A stretch of 63,643 nt of DNA, the filler included, from Globobulimina sp. (taxonomy: Eukaryota): NCBI GenBank assembly GCA_003354225.1. It is 23 parts of 23 records of this genome, joined end to end, with 100 filler letters (N's around TTAATTAATTAA, not from the genome) between each part and the next. Parts side by side here need not be neighbours in the genome. Positions count along the whole stretch, not along the records: positions 47,127 to 49,796 come from PIVH01005433.1; positions 49,897 to 52,566 come from PIVH01005434.1; positions 52,667 to 55,336 come from PIVH01005435.1; positions 55,437 to 58,105 come from PIVH01005436.1; positions 58,206 to 60,874 come from PIVH01005437.1; 18 more parts are not named here. One strand, given 5' to 3'. Shown piece after piece: positions 47,260 to 59,509 of the stretch (within the stretch, counting starts at the first letter, position 1; each line of letters starts with the position of its first letter). The notes beneath the pieces are model-generated. The model was not told where the DNA came from. It worked only from the letters and a program-made list of their open reading frames with translations, and ran no database searches. The translations under genes were made by a program, and so were the position numbers.

Positions 47260-49413
47260 CTAGTAACGAGTCCCATCACACCTAATAATGGGTCCCAATA
47301 TATTGGCCACATGTCGAATCCCAGTGGCAATCCCGGACGCAGTCGTTCTTATATCTGTAGGATACGCCTCCGGCGTAAAACACATCAATCCCGCATAGAA
47401 AATCTGCGTCAAAAATGAAATCAAACAGGCCAGCACCACCAAACCAACTTCATTATACACAAAGATAAACAGCAATATCGCCGCAGATATGAAGAACGCC
47501 GACACTGTCATCGTATATCTCCGACCAAACCTATGAGTCTCCACCAAATACGCTCCAATAAATGGCCCTGGCAAAGACGCAATGGCTAAAATCAACGCAT
47601 CCCCATACACCGATGATATGTGAATCTGTTTACTAGCCATGAATTTCGGTAAAAAGACCCCGAACGAACTCAAACCAAAACTAGAGCCAAACCACGCCAT
47701 CCATATAATAGGCGTTGCTCTCCGCAAATTCCTGCCATGCGTTTTATTACTAAATAAGTCTGAAATTATGTCCGAGAAACTCATTTTATGAGCTTCCAAA
47801 TTCAAATCAATATTCACATCCATATTATTATAATTCACTGTGCTCTCACTCACGTCTTGCCGGTGCATGCCCATCGGCGACAAATTCGATATCAACGAGC
47901 CACGGCGCGACGAAGCATGCAAATTATTGATACTCGAGCCTAAGTTTACACTTTCAAACGAACCTAGATATACAGGGCAAGAAAGCAGCAAAAAATAACA
48001 AATACACTAATATTTTGCAGGTTATTTTTTGTTGCTTGCCTGAGTCGTGAGATTTATGTGAGGAGTGATGCGAAGCCCTGCGAACTTGCTGTACTTGCAC
48101 TTGAGTCTGATTCTCATTCAGTAACCGCTCCCGATTCAAGCTGTGCTGTAGCCGTTGTTTGTTTTTTAGCTTTGTAATTAACTTCCGATTTAACAGTGGA
48201 TTGTCGACCTGTAACACCATATTATTCGTCACCGTGCCCTGTGGACAGTTATTTATCTCCGCGATGCGTTTCAAAACCGACAAAGCTCTCCGCCGCCCGC
48301 CTTCCCCTTGGCAGATGAGGAAATTTGGGCTCTCATTGGTGCCCAATCTGAAAAATAAAAAACAACAGTTGATGGCACCCAGCGCGAAGACAAAATATCT
48401 CCAACCAAGATTCCGCTCCGTGTCACAGTTGAATTTGTCAGTGCATATACGATTGGGTATGATGAGATAGCCCAGAAACGCAGAAATGAGATCCCCGGCA
48501 GCCCAGAATATAGACAATGACACCATGATGGACCCTCTATGTGACGTAGGTAGGAATTCAGCCAAAATAGCACCATCCACCGGGATATTGCCACCAACGC
48601 CAAAGCCTAATAAAAATAACATGATTAACAGCCATTTATAAGTAGTCATGAAAGCTAATGTCATGCCGATGATGCCGCCGATGGTCAAAGTGAGTGTGAA
48701 AGGGAATTTTCGCCCAACTACATCCGAGGTACGGCCCCATACGAAAGAGCCTATGCACATTCCACTGAACATAGTGGCCGCCAACCAGCCCAAATATGCA
48801 TTGTCAATGTTCCATTCGTTTTGAATGGGTGTTATGATCAAACTGACTGCCTCCGACCACATACTGTCTGCAATGTATCCCAAGCCGCAGAGAAATATTA
48901 TTTGATAATGGAATTTGCCTTTGTGGGAGAAGTGGATTATGTGTTTTTGTGCTCGTGCAAGGATATTATATGTGGAAACACACCGAATCCGATTTTGTTG
49001 ATGAGGTCGTTGACGTTGACGTAATGTGGTGCATTGGGGTTGCTTTTCTGGTTTGTATTTGGTTTGGACGCCAACGATGGTGGGGGTAAGGTGTCGTTTT
49101 TTGCGTCAGTTTCTAAATCAGAGATGTCCTCTTCCGACCACTCTTTGCCGTCGTCGTTGATTTGTTGGATCATTATGATTCTGGGGTCGTTTGGGTCTTC
49201 CATGGCATCGGCGTCGTCTTCGACGGCGTTATGGAAGTTATGATTCGAGAAGGATACATTTGGATTGTTATAGTAATCGAATAATACGTTTGCTGGGGAT
49301 TTTAGTTGTTGGTATTCTGTGTAGGATGGGTGCATTGATATTGCTTCTGGGTGTTGTGGTTGTGGTGACGCAGATTGACCGAGTGAGTGGAAATTGTAAA
49401 AGTCATCATCCAT
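47260..49413 (-). CDS. MFS transporter, SV2/SVOP-like (introns 48919-48983 GT-AG and 47964-48039 GC-AG)
   Basis: IGFGKFHY..GLGYIADSMW, WGRTSDVVGRK, GVGGNIPVDGAILAEFLP, GWRYF, ESPNFL, FGRR, TPEAYPTDIRTTASG. The 3' end is uncertain. Confidence 0.9.
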
Positions 49414-49510
49414 TTTTTTTGTGATGTGAGATGCTTTGCAGTGGTTTGCGAATGAAAAAAGTTTTTTAAAGATAGACTGTGTTACTAAAAGCTCCTCTGG
49501 TCATCAAACC

Positions 49511-49796
49511 ATGTCAATACTTAACAATTACATAGCATCATGTCAGATATTGAATATTGATGAAGATCAATCAACAATTGGACCAGACAAATTTATAACA
49601 AATAACAATGTTGATCATGATATGAAATCATACGTTATCTCAGAATCAGATGAAGAGTTATTAATTTTAGTGCAATTTAAACATTTGGTTGACTTACAAT
49701 CAGTTAAATTGTATGCTTTACAGTCTACACAAGAACTTAAAATCGATGATGTTTCGTCACCAAAACAAGTATATATTTACACAATTGATAATTTAA
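49511..49796 (+). CDS. PITH domain protein, 3' partial
   Basis: CQILNIDE..VISESDEELLILVQF..VDLQSVKLYA..SPKQVYIY. Confidence 0.75.
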
Positions 49797-49897
49797 NNNN
49801 NNNNNNNNNNNNNNNNNNNNNNNNNNNNNNNNNNNNNNNNTTAATTAATTAANNNNNNNNNNNNNNNNNNNNNNNNNNNNNNNNNNNNNNNNNNNNT

Positions 49898-52024
49898 AGA
49901 CGCGATGATGATGATAATGACGATGATAAAAAGAAAAAAGGCGATATGAATGATGGTGCTGGTGATGCTGAGGAAGAGGAAGAGGAAGAGGAGGAAGACA
50001 AAGAAGAAGAAGATGATGGTTTGGGTGATATATCAATGACAAAAACAAAGAAGAAAAAGCACCAAAAGCAAGGGTCTGATGTGATGGCTGATGTATTGGA
50101 GGAGTTAAGTATGGCCAATGTAAATATGGAGGAAGAACAAAATTTATTAGCCTCTGAATTTGCAAAAAATAATCCGGCACAAGACGACGATGAGAATGAA
50201 TTTAAAGTGAATGTGGGGAATACTGTGCGTCATATGAATAAAAAAGGATATTCACTGCGGAATGCAATGTTATTTGATGATGAAGACAACAAAGGAGACC
50301 CTGACGGAGATGCTGATGATGATAACGAGGATGGAGAGTATGTGGATGCAGATGATCGGTCAAGTGATGATGAATTGGATGAGGATGAATTTCGAGCCAA
50401 TAAAGAATGGGCAAATACGTTATTAAATAACCCGAACATTGTGGGTATGCAGAGTCGGGATGCCATGTTGCAACGAAAAGAAGAACAACAAGATTTATAC
50501 AAAAGACATCAAATCATTCGACTGAAAGAAGACGAACAAGAGAATTTATATTCCATTTTGGATTTAGAGAATACGGAGTTTATCGATGATATATTGTTTA
50601 ATAATGAAGAGATGGAAACGACTCGCGAGTTTGGATGGAATTCAATCGACCAGTTAGTGCCGGATGTGGTGGCTGCTTCGGATGTAAATGAGAGAGAAGA
50701 AGAGAGAGCAGAAGAGACCGAGAGAGAGAGAGAGATCGGTGTTAATGATACTTTTTCGGATGAGTTGTTTTTCCAAATTCGAGGCAAACGATGGAGTGCT
50801 GCTGCTGGCAAATCGGACGCCATAGCATCCATAAAACAGAAAGAAGCGGAAAGCAGTTATGTAATGTTACGTGATTTAACTTCGCCACTGTCGCTATCTG
50901 AATTATTGGGTGATTTTCAGAAAGCGGGCCAGATTATGCTGTCACGTATCGATGACATGCAGGCTTCGTTAATTGTGGAAAATAAATTGCATTCTGGGGT
51001 GCTTAAAGCGCATCAGACGGATGAAAAGAATTTATATTTGGAGAAAGAAGAACTATTAAATAGTAATGAAAAATTAGAAGCCGAGTTAAAATTATTACGC
51101 GATAAAAGAGATGAGAATAAATCGGAGACTGCGGCCTTAAAAACCAAACAAGAGTCTTACATATTAAAATATAATGAATTAAAAGAGATATCGACGCAGA
51201 AGTTACGAGATCAATTGCGTTGTTTTGAGATTTATAAATCGCAAACCAAGCAGTTAGAGAAACGCATCCATGATGTTTCATATCAGACAGATATTGGTCA
51301 TAAACGGTTAAATCGTTTACTATCATTTAAGAAGCAGCAACAACTAAATATATCACAGTTAGATATTGACATTGAGTCCATGGAGAAAGAGAAAATATTA
51401 AAAGAGAATGAATTGTCAAATCTGGAAGAAGAACAAGTAGAAATTGAAGAGAATGAGAAAGTGTATGTATTGCGATTGAAAGAACAGTTGCGAAGATTAG
51501 GAAAAGGTATGGAAAATAAAGAGAAATCATGCAACATTTTCCGAAGGAATGTGGTTGAAGAAAGATTACGCATTCATACCATTGACGATTCGTTGAAGAA
51601 ATTAAGAACCAATGCAAATCCGACTACATCGTCGGATCAAGAATTAATTAATGCCACTCAACACGAAGCCCTTCAGGCCAGAGAGAAATATGCCGAAACC
51701 ACGCAACAACACTCCTTTCTGACCAATATCCATCAGCACGAACGCATATTAATTGAATGTATTGAGAAAGTGCAAAATATTGATGATGACATATATGCGA
51801 GAAAATGGAATATTATACAAAAATCATGGAATCTAAAAAAGGAATTGCTTGAAACTGGCAAATTAATTCAAATGAAAAAATACTTGTTAAAAAAGGAGAA
51901 AAATTCAAAAAAACATAAGAAGAAATTATCAAAAGCACATTTCAGAAAAGATTCGATGAAAAACTTATCGCTCGGTGCATCCGAAAAATTTAAAAAACAA
52001 TCGCAAGATTTTGGTGCGTATTAA
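49898..52024 (+). CDS. Acidic/coiled-coil protein, 5' partial
   Basis: About 700-codon open frame; D/E tracts followed by long heptad repeats. Confidence 0.75.
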   Translation, partial: RRDDDDNDDDKKKKGDMNDGAGDAEEEEEEEEEDKEEEDDGLGDISMTKTKKKKHQKQGSDVMADVLEELSMANVNMEEEQNLLASEFAKNNPAQDDDENEFKVNVGNTVRHMNKKGYSLRNAMLFDDEDNKGDPDGDADDDNEDGEYVDADDRSSDDELDEDEFRANKEWANTLLNNPNIVGMQSRDAMLQRKEEQQDLYKRHQIIRLKEDEQENLYSILDLENTEFIDDILFNNEEMETTREFGWNSIDQLVPDVVAASDVNEREEERAEETEREREIGVNDTFSDELFFQIRGKRWSAAAGKSDAIASIKQKEAESSYVMLRDLTSPLSLSELLGDFQKAGQIMLSRIDDMQASLIVENKLHSGVLKAHQTDEKNLYLEKEELLNSNEKLEAELKLLRDKRDENKSETAALKTKQESYILKYNELKEISTQKLRDQLRCFEIYKSQTKQLEKRIHDVSYQTDIGHKRLNRLLSFKKQQQLNISQLDIDIESMEKEKILKENELSNLEEEQVEIEENEKVYVLRLKEQLRRLGKGMENKEKSCNIFRRNVVEERLRIHTIDDSLKKLRTNANPTTSSDQELINATQHEALQAREKYAETTQQHSFLTNIHQHERILIECIEKVQNIDDDIYARKWNIIQKSWNLKKELLETGKLIQMKKYLLKKEKNSKKHKKKLSKAHFRKDSMKNLSLGASEKFKKQSQDFGAY

Positions 52025-52203
52025 GATTTTATAGACTTTCTTTTTTTTATTTTGCCGTTTTCTGTCTGTTTTGTAAAATTATGTTCGTTTTCTTTGTTTT
52101 ATTGTATTACTATCTTAGTACTGTAATCCTTTTTTTTTGTCGGAATTGTTGAAAATAATAAATAAAGGATACTAATAATAATATAATACAAAACAAAAGT
52201 ACA

Positions 52204-52566
52204 TTAAATGTCTAAGCCGTCAAAATCAGCAGAATCAAGTCTTGCTAATTGCTGATTATAAGCATCATTTGTATCACCACCAGGTGTACCCATATCACCT
52301 CCCGGTGTACCCATATCACCTCCCGGGGTAATCATATCATGATCAGGTGCATTGTCTTGCGCATTTAACCTTTGTTGAAATTCGTATTTATTCCAGCCAT
52401 GTTTAATACTAAATTGCATCAAAGTTTCATTGTTATTTATACCATGGATGTCAATCATTAATCGAGCATTATACGATTCAGTTAAGGCACAAGTTCCAAT
52501 ACCAATAATAGCATCACTTTCTTTTTTATTTTTAATTGTAATGCTAAGTTCCTCTCTGCCTAAATC
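52204..52566 (-). CDS. C-terminal fragment (possibly C2-like) with a TPGGD(MG) repeat
   Basis: Open from the contig end: LSITIKNKKESDAIIGIGTCAL..; three 21-bp repeats at about 52272-52330. Confidence 0.5.
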   Translation of the reverse strand, partial: DLGREELSITIKNKKESDAIIGIGTCALTESYNARLMIDIHGINNNETLMQFSIKHGWNKYEFQQRLNAQDNAPDHDMITPGGDMGTPGGDMGTPGGDTNDAYNQQLARLDSADFDGLDI

Positions 52567-52666
52567 NNNNNNNNNNNNNNNNNNNNNNNNNNNNNNNNNN
52601 NNNNNNNNNNTTAATTAATTAANNNNNNNNNNNNNNNNNNNNNNNNNNNNNNNNNNNNNNNNNNNN

Positions 52667-52796
52667 TGATATCCGTATCGTTATTTGCACGGGAGAGAGC
52701 ATGAGACAGGTTCTCCCACATCAGTCCGTTCATGGCATTCAGAACTTCAGGCCTGTTAAGTGTGATAATAGCGACACTTTTATTTTTGTCATACAT
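52667..52796 (-). CDS. Enoyl-CoA hydratase/crotonase N-terminal fragment (probably chimeric)
   Basis: VAIITLNRPEVLNAMN..LSHALSRANNDTDI crotonase signature. Confidence 0.8.
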
Positions 52797-55336
52797 TGGA
52801 AACCTTTAATGTACAAAAAGAGAAACTTGGTATTTCCGATGATGGCTTGGCTTTGGATCCGGAAGAATTAAAACGAAAAAAACAGGAAGAAGAAGAAGAG
52901 AAAAAACGCAAAGAAGCAGAGGAAGAAAAGAAAGCGGAACAAGAGAGAATATGTAAAGCTGTGAATGAATTAAAAAAACCGATAATTGCGAGAAAGTGGG
53001 TTGATTTGGGAAGTTTTGATGAAATCATAAATAATAAAATAAAGCCCAATCGACCCAGAAATCGCATCTCAATCTCACGGAAAAGACGCGAATTTGGGAA
53101 ATGTATACAATTTTCAGATGACCAAAAGATGGAAGCAATGAATATAGAAATCAAATCATTGCAAACTGATTCTAGTCATTCTACAGAATTTGGGCATGAT
53201 ATTTATAAAAAACTAACAGATAAAAACAATCAGATTGGTGGCGAAATGATGGATGAATCCACGCAAACAAAATGGAATAGAAAAGTTAATAAAATTGTAC
53301 AGTATGAGTTTAACGAAGAATCCATAAAAAGAAAAAATAATACAGCCGGTGTTCAAACTGATGATAATGTGTTAAAATTGCAAAGCATCTCTGATAATCC
53401 ATATATAATCGGATTTGATGATAACTCAGAAACAGACAAAGAAAAACAAGAAGAAAAAGATGAAGATGAGGATGGTGAAGATGTAGATGGGAAATTATTA
53501 AATTTTCTTGACGGCGTTTATGGTGAAATTGAGGGAGTGTTGACAGATAATAATTTAGTTAACATTTTTGAAGATGATTTTAAATTATTTGTAGACAATG
53601 ACGTGGAGAATGGCTTGGACGCAAAAACAGAAAATATTCGCGAAATTCAAACATTTGTAGACTTAAATTGGAGCAGAGGTAAAAAAATAAGTAATATCGA
53701 ATGGATGCCATCACAAACGAATAAGAATCAGAATATGAATATGGTGGCGGTCTCGTGTATAGAAAATATGTCATTTGATGAACGTGTGAATATTATGAAT
53801 AAATCACGGATTTCGACTATTTTACTATGGAATTTATCCCATATTTTATTAAAAGCACAGACCATATTAACTGCACCGAGTGATATATTTACATTTAAGT
53901 TCCATCCACAAAATGAAAATATAATTATTGGCGGTTTGGAAACGGGACAAGTTGTGTTATGGGATTTGAATGATTGGAATCACGAAAAAAAGAAACATAT
54001 TAAAAACAAGCATAAAGACAAAGAGGATGTGGACGATCCGACCAATATAATAAATAATAGTGATACCATTGGTGACTGTGAGGATGAGAAGATACCACAA
54101 ATTGAACCAACAATGTTGTCATACATCGAAAAATCACATAGTAAGAGTGTTAGTGATATATTATGGTTGCCATCCGATATTGTGATGGCACATAATGGTG
54201 ATTTAAAATATATAAATACCAAAAATCGACCAAAAGGAAGGAAAATGTTAAATGAAGAACAATTTATTAGCATTGCAGGTGATGGGAGTGTATTAGTTTG
54301 GGATATTATGATTCCAAAACAAACCGAAAAAGAAAAGAAAAAGAATGAGCCTGCGAAATGGTTGCCGCTTTTCAGTAAAAAACTTTCTAAAAAAACATTA
54401 AATGAAAACGTTTTTGTGGATAAAGAAGCAATGGATTTGGCAAATTATAACAACGAAAATGAAAATGAAGATGGAGAATATCAAAATGAAAATGCGTCAT
54501 CATCAGATATAATATTTGGATGTAAGATGTGTTACACGCCGTTATTGGGCAAAATGTGCATTGTCACAGAATTAGGCGAGTTTTGTTTATTTAATTATGG
54601 CAAAATTAACAAAGAATTTGTACGCGAAAGAGAATCATTGTTATTATGTGATTTAAACAATATAACATCATCAACATATTTATTATCAAAAACGGAAGAA
54701 AACGAAAACAAAGAAAATGATAATTCCGAAATGTTGCAATTACAAAATTCAATAATATCCATAAATAGCAATATATACAAACAGCATTTTTTAGACATTA
54801 AATCAATCGCAATTTCGCCGCATTTTAGTGATATTTATTTGACAATCGGTGACTGGAGATTTTGTATTTGGAGAAATAACAAATTAATATTTATTTCACC
54901 ATACTGTTCGTCATATATTTGTTGTGGTTGTTGGTCGCCGACACGTCCTTCGGTTATAATTACGGCAAAATACGACGGCACATTGGATATTTGGGACTTA
55001 TTAGATCAAACTCATTGTGCCGTATTTAAAAATTCACCGATTTCATCCACCTCCATTACGTCCATTATATTCTCACAGACCGCAACTCATCAATTGGCGG
55101 TTGGTGATTCCAATGGCAATTTAAGAATATTACAAATGCCGCGGAATTTTGTGATTCCATTAAATAATGAAAAATTATTAATGGCGCAGTTTTATCAGAA
55201 GGAATATGTCCGGATTCAATTTATAAATAAAAGATATAATTTGCATAAAGAGAAAAAATTACAAATGGAGAAGGAAGAAAAAGAGAAAGAAGAAAATGTT
55301 GAAAGAAAAGAAACTGAAAATAACAATGATGAGCAA
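52796..55336 (+). CDS. DNAI3: Axonemal dynein intermediate chain 3 (WDR63/IC140), partial at both ends
   Basis: KWVDLGSFDEI, ISRKRREFG..FSD, STQTKW, GGLETGQVVLWD, IEKSH..VSDILWLP, LTIGDW, WSPTRPSV, DIWDLLDQTH. Confidence 0.85.
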
Positions 55337-55436
55337 NNNNNNNNNNNNNNNNNNNNNNNNNNNNNNNNNNNNNNNNNNNNTTAATTAATTAANNNNNNNN
55401 NNNNNNNNNNNNNNNNNNNNNNNNNNNNNNNNNNNN

Positions 55437-55858
55437 AAAGTATTTTAGTGGATGGTAACGGCATACTTCATCATCGCGGGTTTGGCTTAGCGTGTCATTT
55501 AGGAATCTTATGCAATATACCAACTATTGGCGTTGCTAAAAATCTATTGGTCGTTGATGGATTGGATAAGAAAAAAATTAAAATGCAATGCGAGAATAAA
55601 TTATTGAAAAGAGGGGATATGTGCGATTTAATTGGACAAACCAATAGCAAATTAGGTGTCGCATTGAGATGTAGTAAAACAGGAAAAACACCGGTTTATG
55701 TATCAAATGGACATAGAATATGTTTACAATCTGCAATAGAAATTGTACTGGCATGTTCTCCACAGTTTAAACAACCGGAACCAATTCGATGTGTTGATAA
55801 TGGAACAAGACAAACCATTGCCAAATATGAAGCAACATTAAGACAAAATAAACAATAA
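55437..55858 (+). CDS. ENDOV: Endonuclease V, 5' partial
   Basis: LVDGNGILHHRGFGLACHLG..PTIGVAK..PVYVSNGHRI..PEPIR. Confidence 0.92.
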
Positions 55859-55940
55859 AGTCTATTTATATTGCAAAAAGACAGTTTTTTTTTCGAAAAA
55901 CAACATTCATAAATTTTAAAAATTGTCTTCAGTTGTCAAT

Positions 55941-57695
55941 ATGTCCTCATTTGCGACATCGGATGTTGCAGAAATTTGTAGTTTTATTCCCTATATATTA
56001 TTTATTCCATTATCAGTATATGGCAATGTAAGCCTCTATAGATGTAGAAATGAACTATTTGTTCAAAAACGGAACGTATTAATAGCATATGGATTAAATT
56101 GCGCATTGATTTTCCAAATGATTGCATCCTGCATTGCTCATTTATCCATCTTATATTTAAATAAAGTATGGATAACAATATCATTTTCCATATTTTTTTT
56201 ATCATATTGGATATTGCTCTATTTTTTAAATACAAAAAATTGGATAATTTATTTCAACGAAAGATGGACTAAATATGCATTGGATTTGAAATGGCAACAG
56301 ATTATAAATCCGAAATGTTTGTCCGGTAATAATACACGAAATTGGTTTATCACAAACCGACATAAATACGGTAACATACGACATATATTGAAACTATTCG
56401 CCATATTACATTTACTTGGTTTGGCAGTAGTAATTGCTGCACAATTTATATTAATAACATCCAATGGACATCCAACTGCTACCACCTTCTCCATAATAAT
56501 GATAACCAGCACTATCATCCCATATATTATGTTTTACGTGTTTTTAGTATTTAAGACACCGCGTTTTAATGATATTTTCAACATCCACTGGGAATCACAA
56601 ATGCATGCCCGCTTAGTGGTAATTATGGGGATTGGTTTAATTGCATTCAATATGTGGTACGCCATTGATTTCAATAATAACTACAACAAATCATCACTAC
56701 ATTCGATATATGCCATGCTATGTTTGCCATTCGTTTGTTTAATGTTGTTTATGATGGTTATGATTTCTACATTGTTAATCATTAAAAAAACGGAAAAACG
56801 TTCATATACAAATATTCATATTACATTAAAACAATCGCGGCAACAATCACTGCCATCAGTTAGTAAGCGAAATAGTGACGAAAATAAAAGGTTTTATTCT
56901 CTCGATTTAATATTATCCAATAAACATTCAGTCCATCTGTTTATGGTGCACTTATCCAAAGAGTTTTCAATGGAATGTTTATTGGCATACGTCGAACTTA
57001 CACAATTTCAGCAATACATAATCACACAAAATAAAGATAATCAAAAGATCAAATTGCAAACTGTCAAGCAATTAAAATTAATAATATTCCCAGCATCAAT
57101 CCCAATGAGCGGCATCGTAGAAAATGATTTTAAAATCAGTAAATTTAATAATGTCAAGAACAACGCAATGGAATACAAATTAAAATTAAATCAATTGTTT
57201 GATAAATATATCAAAGTATCAGCGCCGTATGAGATTAATATATCGTATCAACAACGTGCGGCATGGATGGGTATGATGAGTACTACGGGTAATTTGTGGT
57301 CATTTATGCATGTTAATGTTGATTTGAATGAGTTGTTGTTATTAATTGAACAATGCAAGAAGACACTGACCAGATTATTGGATCATTCCTTGCATCGATT
57401 TAAAACGTATGCTAAATTTGCTGAAGTGCAACAAATTGAATTTAAAGCTATGGTGGCTCCAAAGGAACAATCAATGACTGGACAACCACGATTATCCGCG
57501 GTATTTAATAAGCACTCATTAAGTAAAATTAAAAGTAAAAGTGATGATAAATCAGTAAAACAGAATAATGATTCTGGTGTCTATGTGAATTCGAATATTA
57601 CCCCGCAGTCAACAGCACGATCTCAAACAGGACCAATATATGAGTGTAAAACTGAGAATAACCAAAATGAAAATATTGTTATTGAATTACAATAA
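55941..57695 (+). CDS. 7TM-RGS protein
   Basis: About 7 TM helices followed by an RGS domain: ILSNKHSVHLFMVHLSKEFSMECLLAYVE..FDKYI..APYEINISY. Confidence 0.85.
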   Translation: MSSFATSDVAEICSFIPYILFIPLSVYGNVSLYRCRNELFVQKRNVLIAYGLNCALIFQMIASCIAHLSILYLNKVWITISFSIFFLSYWILLYFLNTKNWIIYFNERWTKYALDLKWQQIINPKCLSGNNTRNWFITNRHKYGNIRHILKLFAILHLLGLAVVIAAQFILITSNGHPTATTFSIIMITSTIIPYIMFYVFLVFKTPRFNDIFNIHWESQMHARLVVIMGIGLIAFNMWYAIDFNNNYNKSSLHSIYAMLCLPFVCLMLFMMVMISTLLIIKKTEKRSYTNIHITLKQSRQQSLPSVSKRNSDENKRFYSLDLILSNKHSVHLFMVHLSKEFSMECLLAYVELTQFQQYIITQNKDNQKIKLQTVKQLKLIIFPASIPMSGIVENDFKISKFNNVKNNAMEYKLKLNQLFDKYIKVSAPYEINISYQQRAAWMGMMSTTGNLWSFMHVNVDLNELLLLIEQCKKTLTRLLDHSLHRFKTYAKFAEVQQIEFKAMVAPKEQSMTGQPRLSAVFNKHSLSKIKSKSDDKSVKQNNDSGVYVNSNITPQSTARSQTGPIYECKTENNQNENIVIELQ

Positions 57696-58207
57696 CGCTA
57701 CATAACGATTATTGAATTTTATTTGTTTTCTGTGTTTTGTTTGTTTGCGTTTGTTTGTGTTTGTTTTTGTTTATTGTTTTTTACATATATTGTGTTTTCG
57801 TTTGGACATATTAATGTATATGTATTTTGTTTCTGTTTCTGTCAATGTTGTTTTTCTGTATATGTACAATTTAAGGATGTTATTCCGCTGTTTTTGATGT
57901 TGTTTTGGATTTTGATGTATTCGTGTTTTTGATCCAAATATTTTTCGCTTGTGTGTTTAATTCAATTTATCTTAAACACTAGCACAAATTCCACATTCAA
58001 ATTTTGGTTATATTTCCAAGAATACTATTTTAGTACTCTTGATATTTTAGTCATCATTTTTTTTTAATCTTTTTCCCAAAAGACTGGCTCTTAGTGCAAC
58101 AAACGNNNNNNNNNNNNNNNNNNNNNNNNNNNNNNNNNNNNNNNNNNNNTTAATTAATTAANNNNNNNNNNNNNNNNNNNNNNNNNNNNNNNNNNNNNNN
58201 NNNNNAC

Positions 58208-59494
58208 ATATTAAACAAGTTTCACAAGCTACATCCTTTCAACATTATAAATTACTTAAGAAGTGATTATAAACCATTCCAAACATTTGAAACCAAACAA
58301 TTAAACAAAGACTACATAAATGATATGATGGTTAACAATTATCGTGAGCTATTTTATAATTTCAATAAAAACAAAGTTGATAATTATTGTAACATTTGCA
58401 ATCGAAGTATAAACACTCCAATTGAACATCATACGATCATTGATTGTCAGGCCTTAGACAACTTTAGAATGACATATTGGAATATGGCAAGATTTAATTT
58501 TGCAAAAATTGGTTCAAAATATAACACTGTTCACCAACAATTATTCATGCAATATGTAATATATATTTGCCGCAACATTAACCTCTATAAAAATGAATTA
58601 TGGAAATTAATTTGTGGTGCGAACAGGTATGAAAAAAAGAAAGCAACATTCGCCTTCAAAAGAATTAAATTTGATATTAATTTAGAAAGATATGAATTCA
58701 TCAGAGACTTCACAGCACAAGCCATAAGATGGATTCATTTTGTGAATAGAATAAAAAATAAAGAAATTTCAATAGACTATCTCCTTAGACAACACAACAC
58801 AATCCCAACAAGCAGTTTAATGTTTCATATTAGATGCGACACTCTTAGAAACTATATAATACATGAAGAAAAGCTTAGAAATAGCGATATAATAATTGCA
58901 ACTGACTCCTCACATGAAAAAAGAACAGGCCTTACTGGTATTGGTATATTCATTAAAGATCATAACAAATTTCATCGTTATGCCGAACCAATTGGAAGTG
59001 TTGAAAATAATTATGGCGAATTATTTGCAATTGGTAAATCAGAATATTTATTAAAAGTTTGTAAGATAAATACAAATAACAGAAGAATAATTTGCATGAC
59101 TGATTCCCTTTGTGCATTCTGCCCCTTAATTACACCACCCAAAAATATCAATAAACAAATCACTTATCCAAGTCTGTTCAAAAAAACACAAAAATACCTT
59201 AAAAATCTCAATGTAATTCTATGGAAAATTAAATCTCACACAGACAAAATTAACCTTTTACAGAATAGATACGATGGTAAATTAGAAGTCCAACCTTACA
59301 ATGGAGAAGCAGACAGACTTGCAGATAAAGGTAGACTTCATCCCAAAAACAAACCGGGCATTCCTATTAGTCCTAATTCTATTAATAACCCTTACTATTA
59401 CACCGCAACCAAGTGCCTCAATGGCGCTAACAATTTTCACATCGTCCGGCAGTTTTGGCTACGGAGGATTTCTGAGTCTGCCTGGCCAGACTGA
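58208..59494 (+). mobile_element. Non-LTR retroelement ORF 3' end: zinc finger plus RNase H, 5' partial
   Basis: CNIC..IEHHTIIDC, then RNase H catalytic motifs IATDSS, NNYGELFAI, CMTDSL, KIKSH, YNGEADRLA. Confidence 0.8.
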
Positions 59495-59509
59495 ACTCCG
59501 GAACACACA

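Noticed and set aside
47127-47290. Possible fourth chimeric end or frameshift at the MFS 3' end
   Set aside because: An intron starting at AG|GTGTGA, a frameshift and a chimera cannot be distinguished from the sequence alone.
57712-57932. Phe/Val/Cys-rich short ORFs
   Set aside because: T/G-rich low-complexity 3' UTR downstream of the 7TM-RGS gene.
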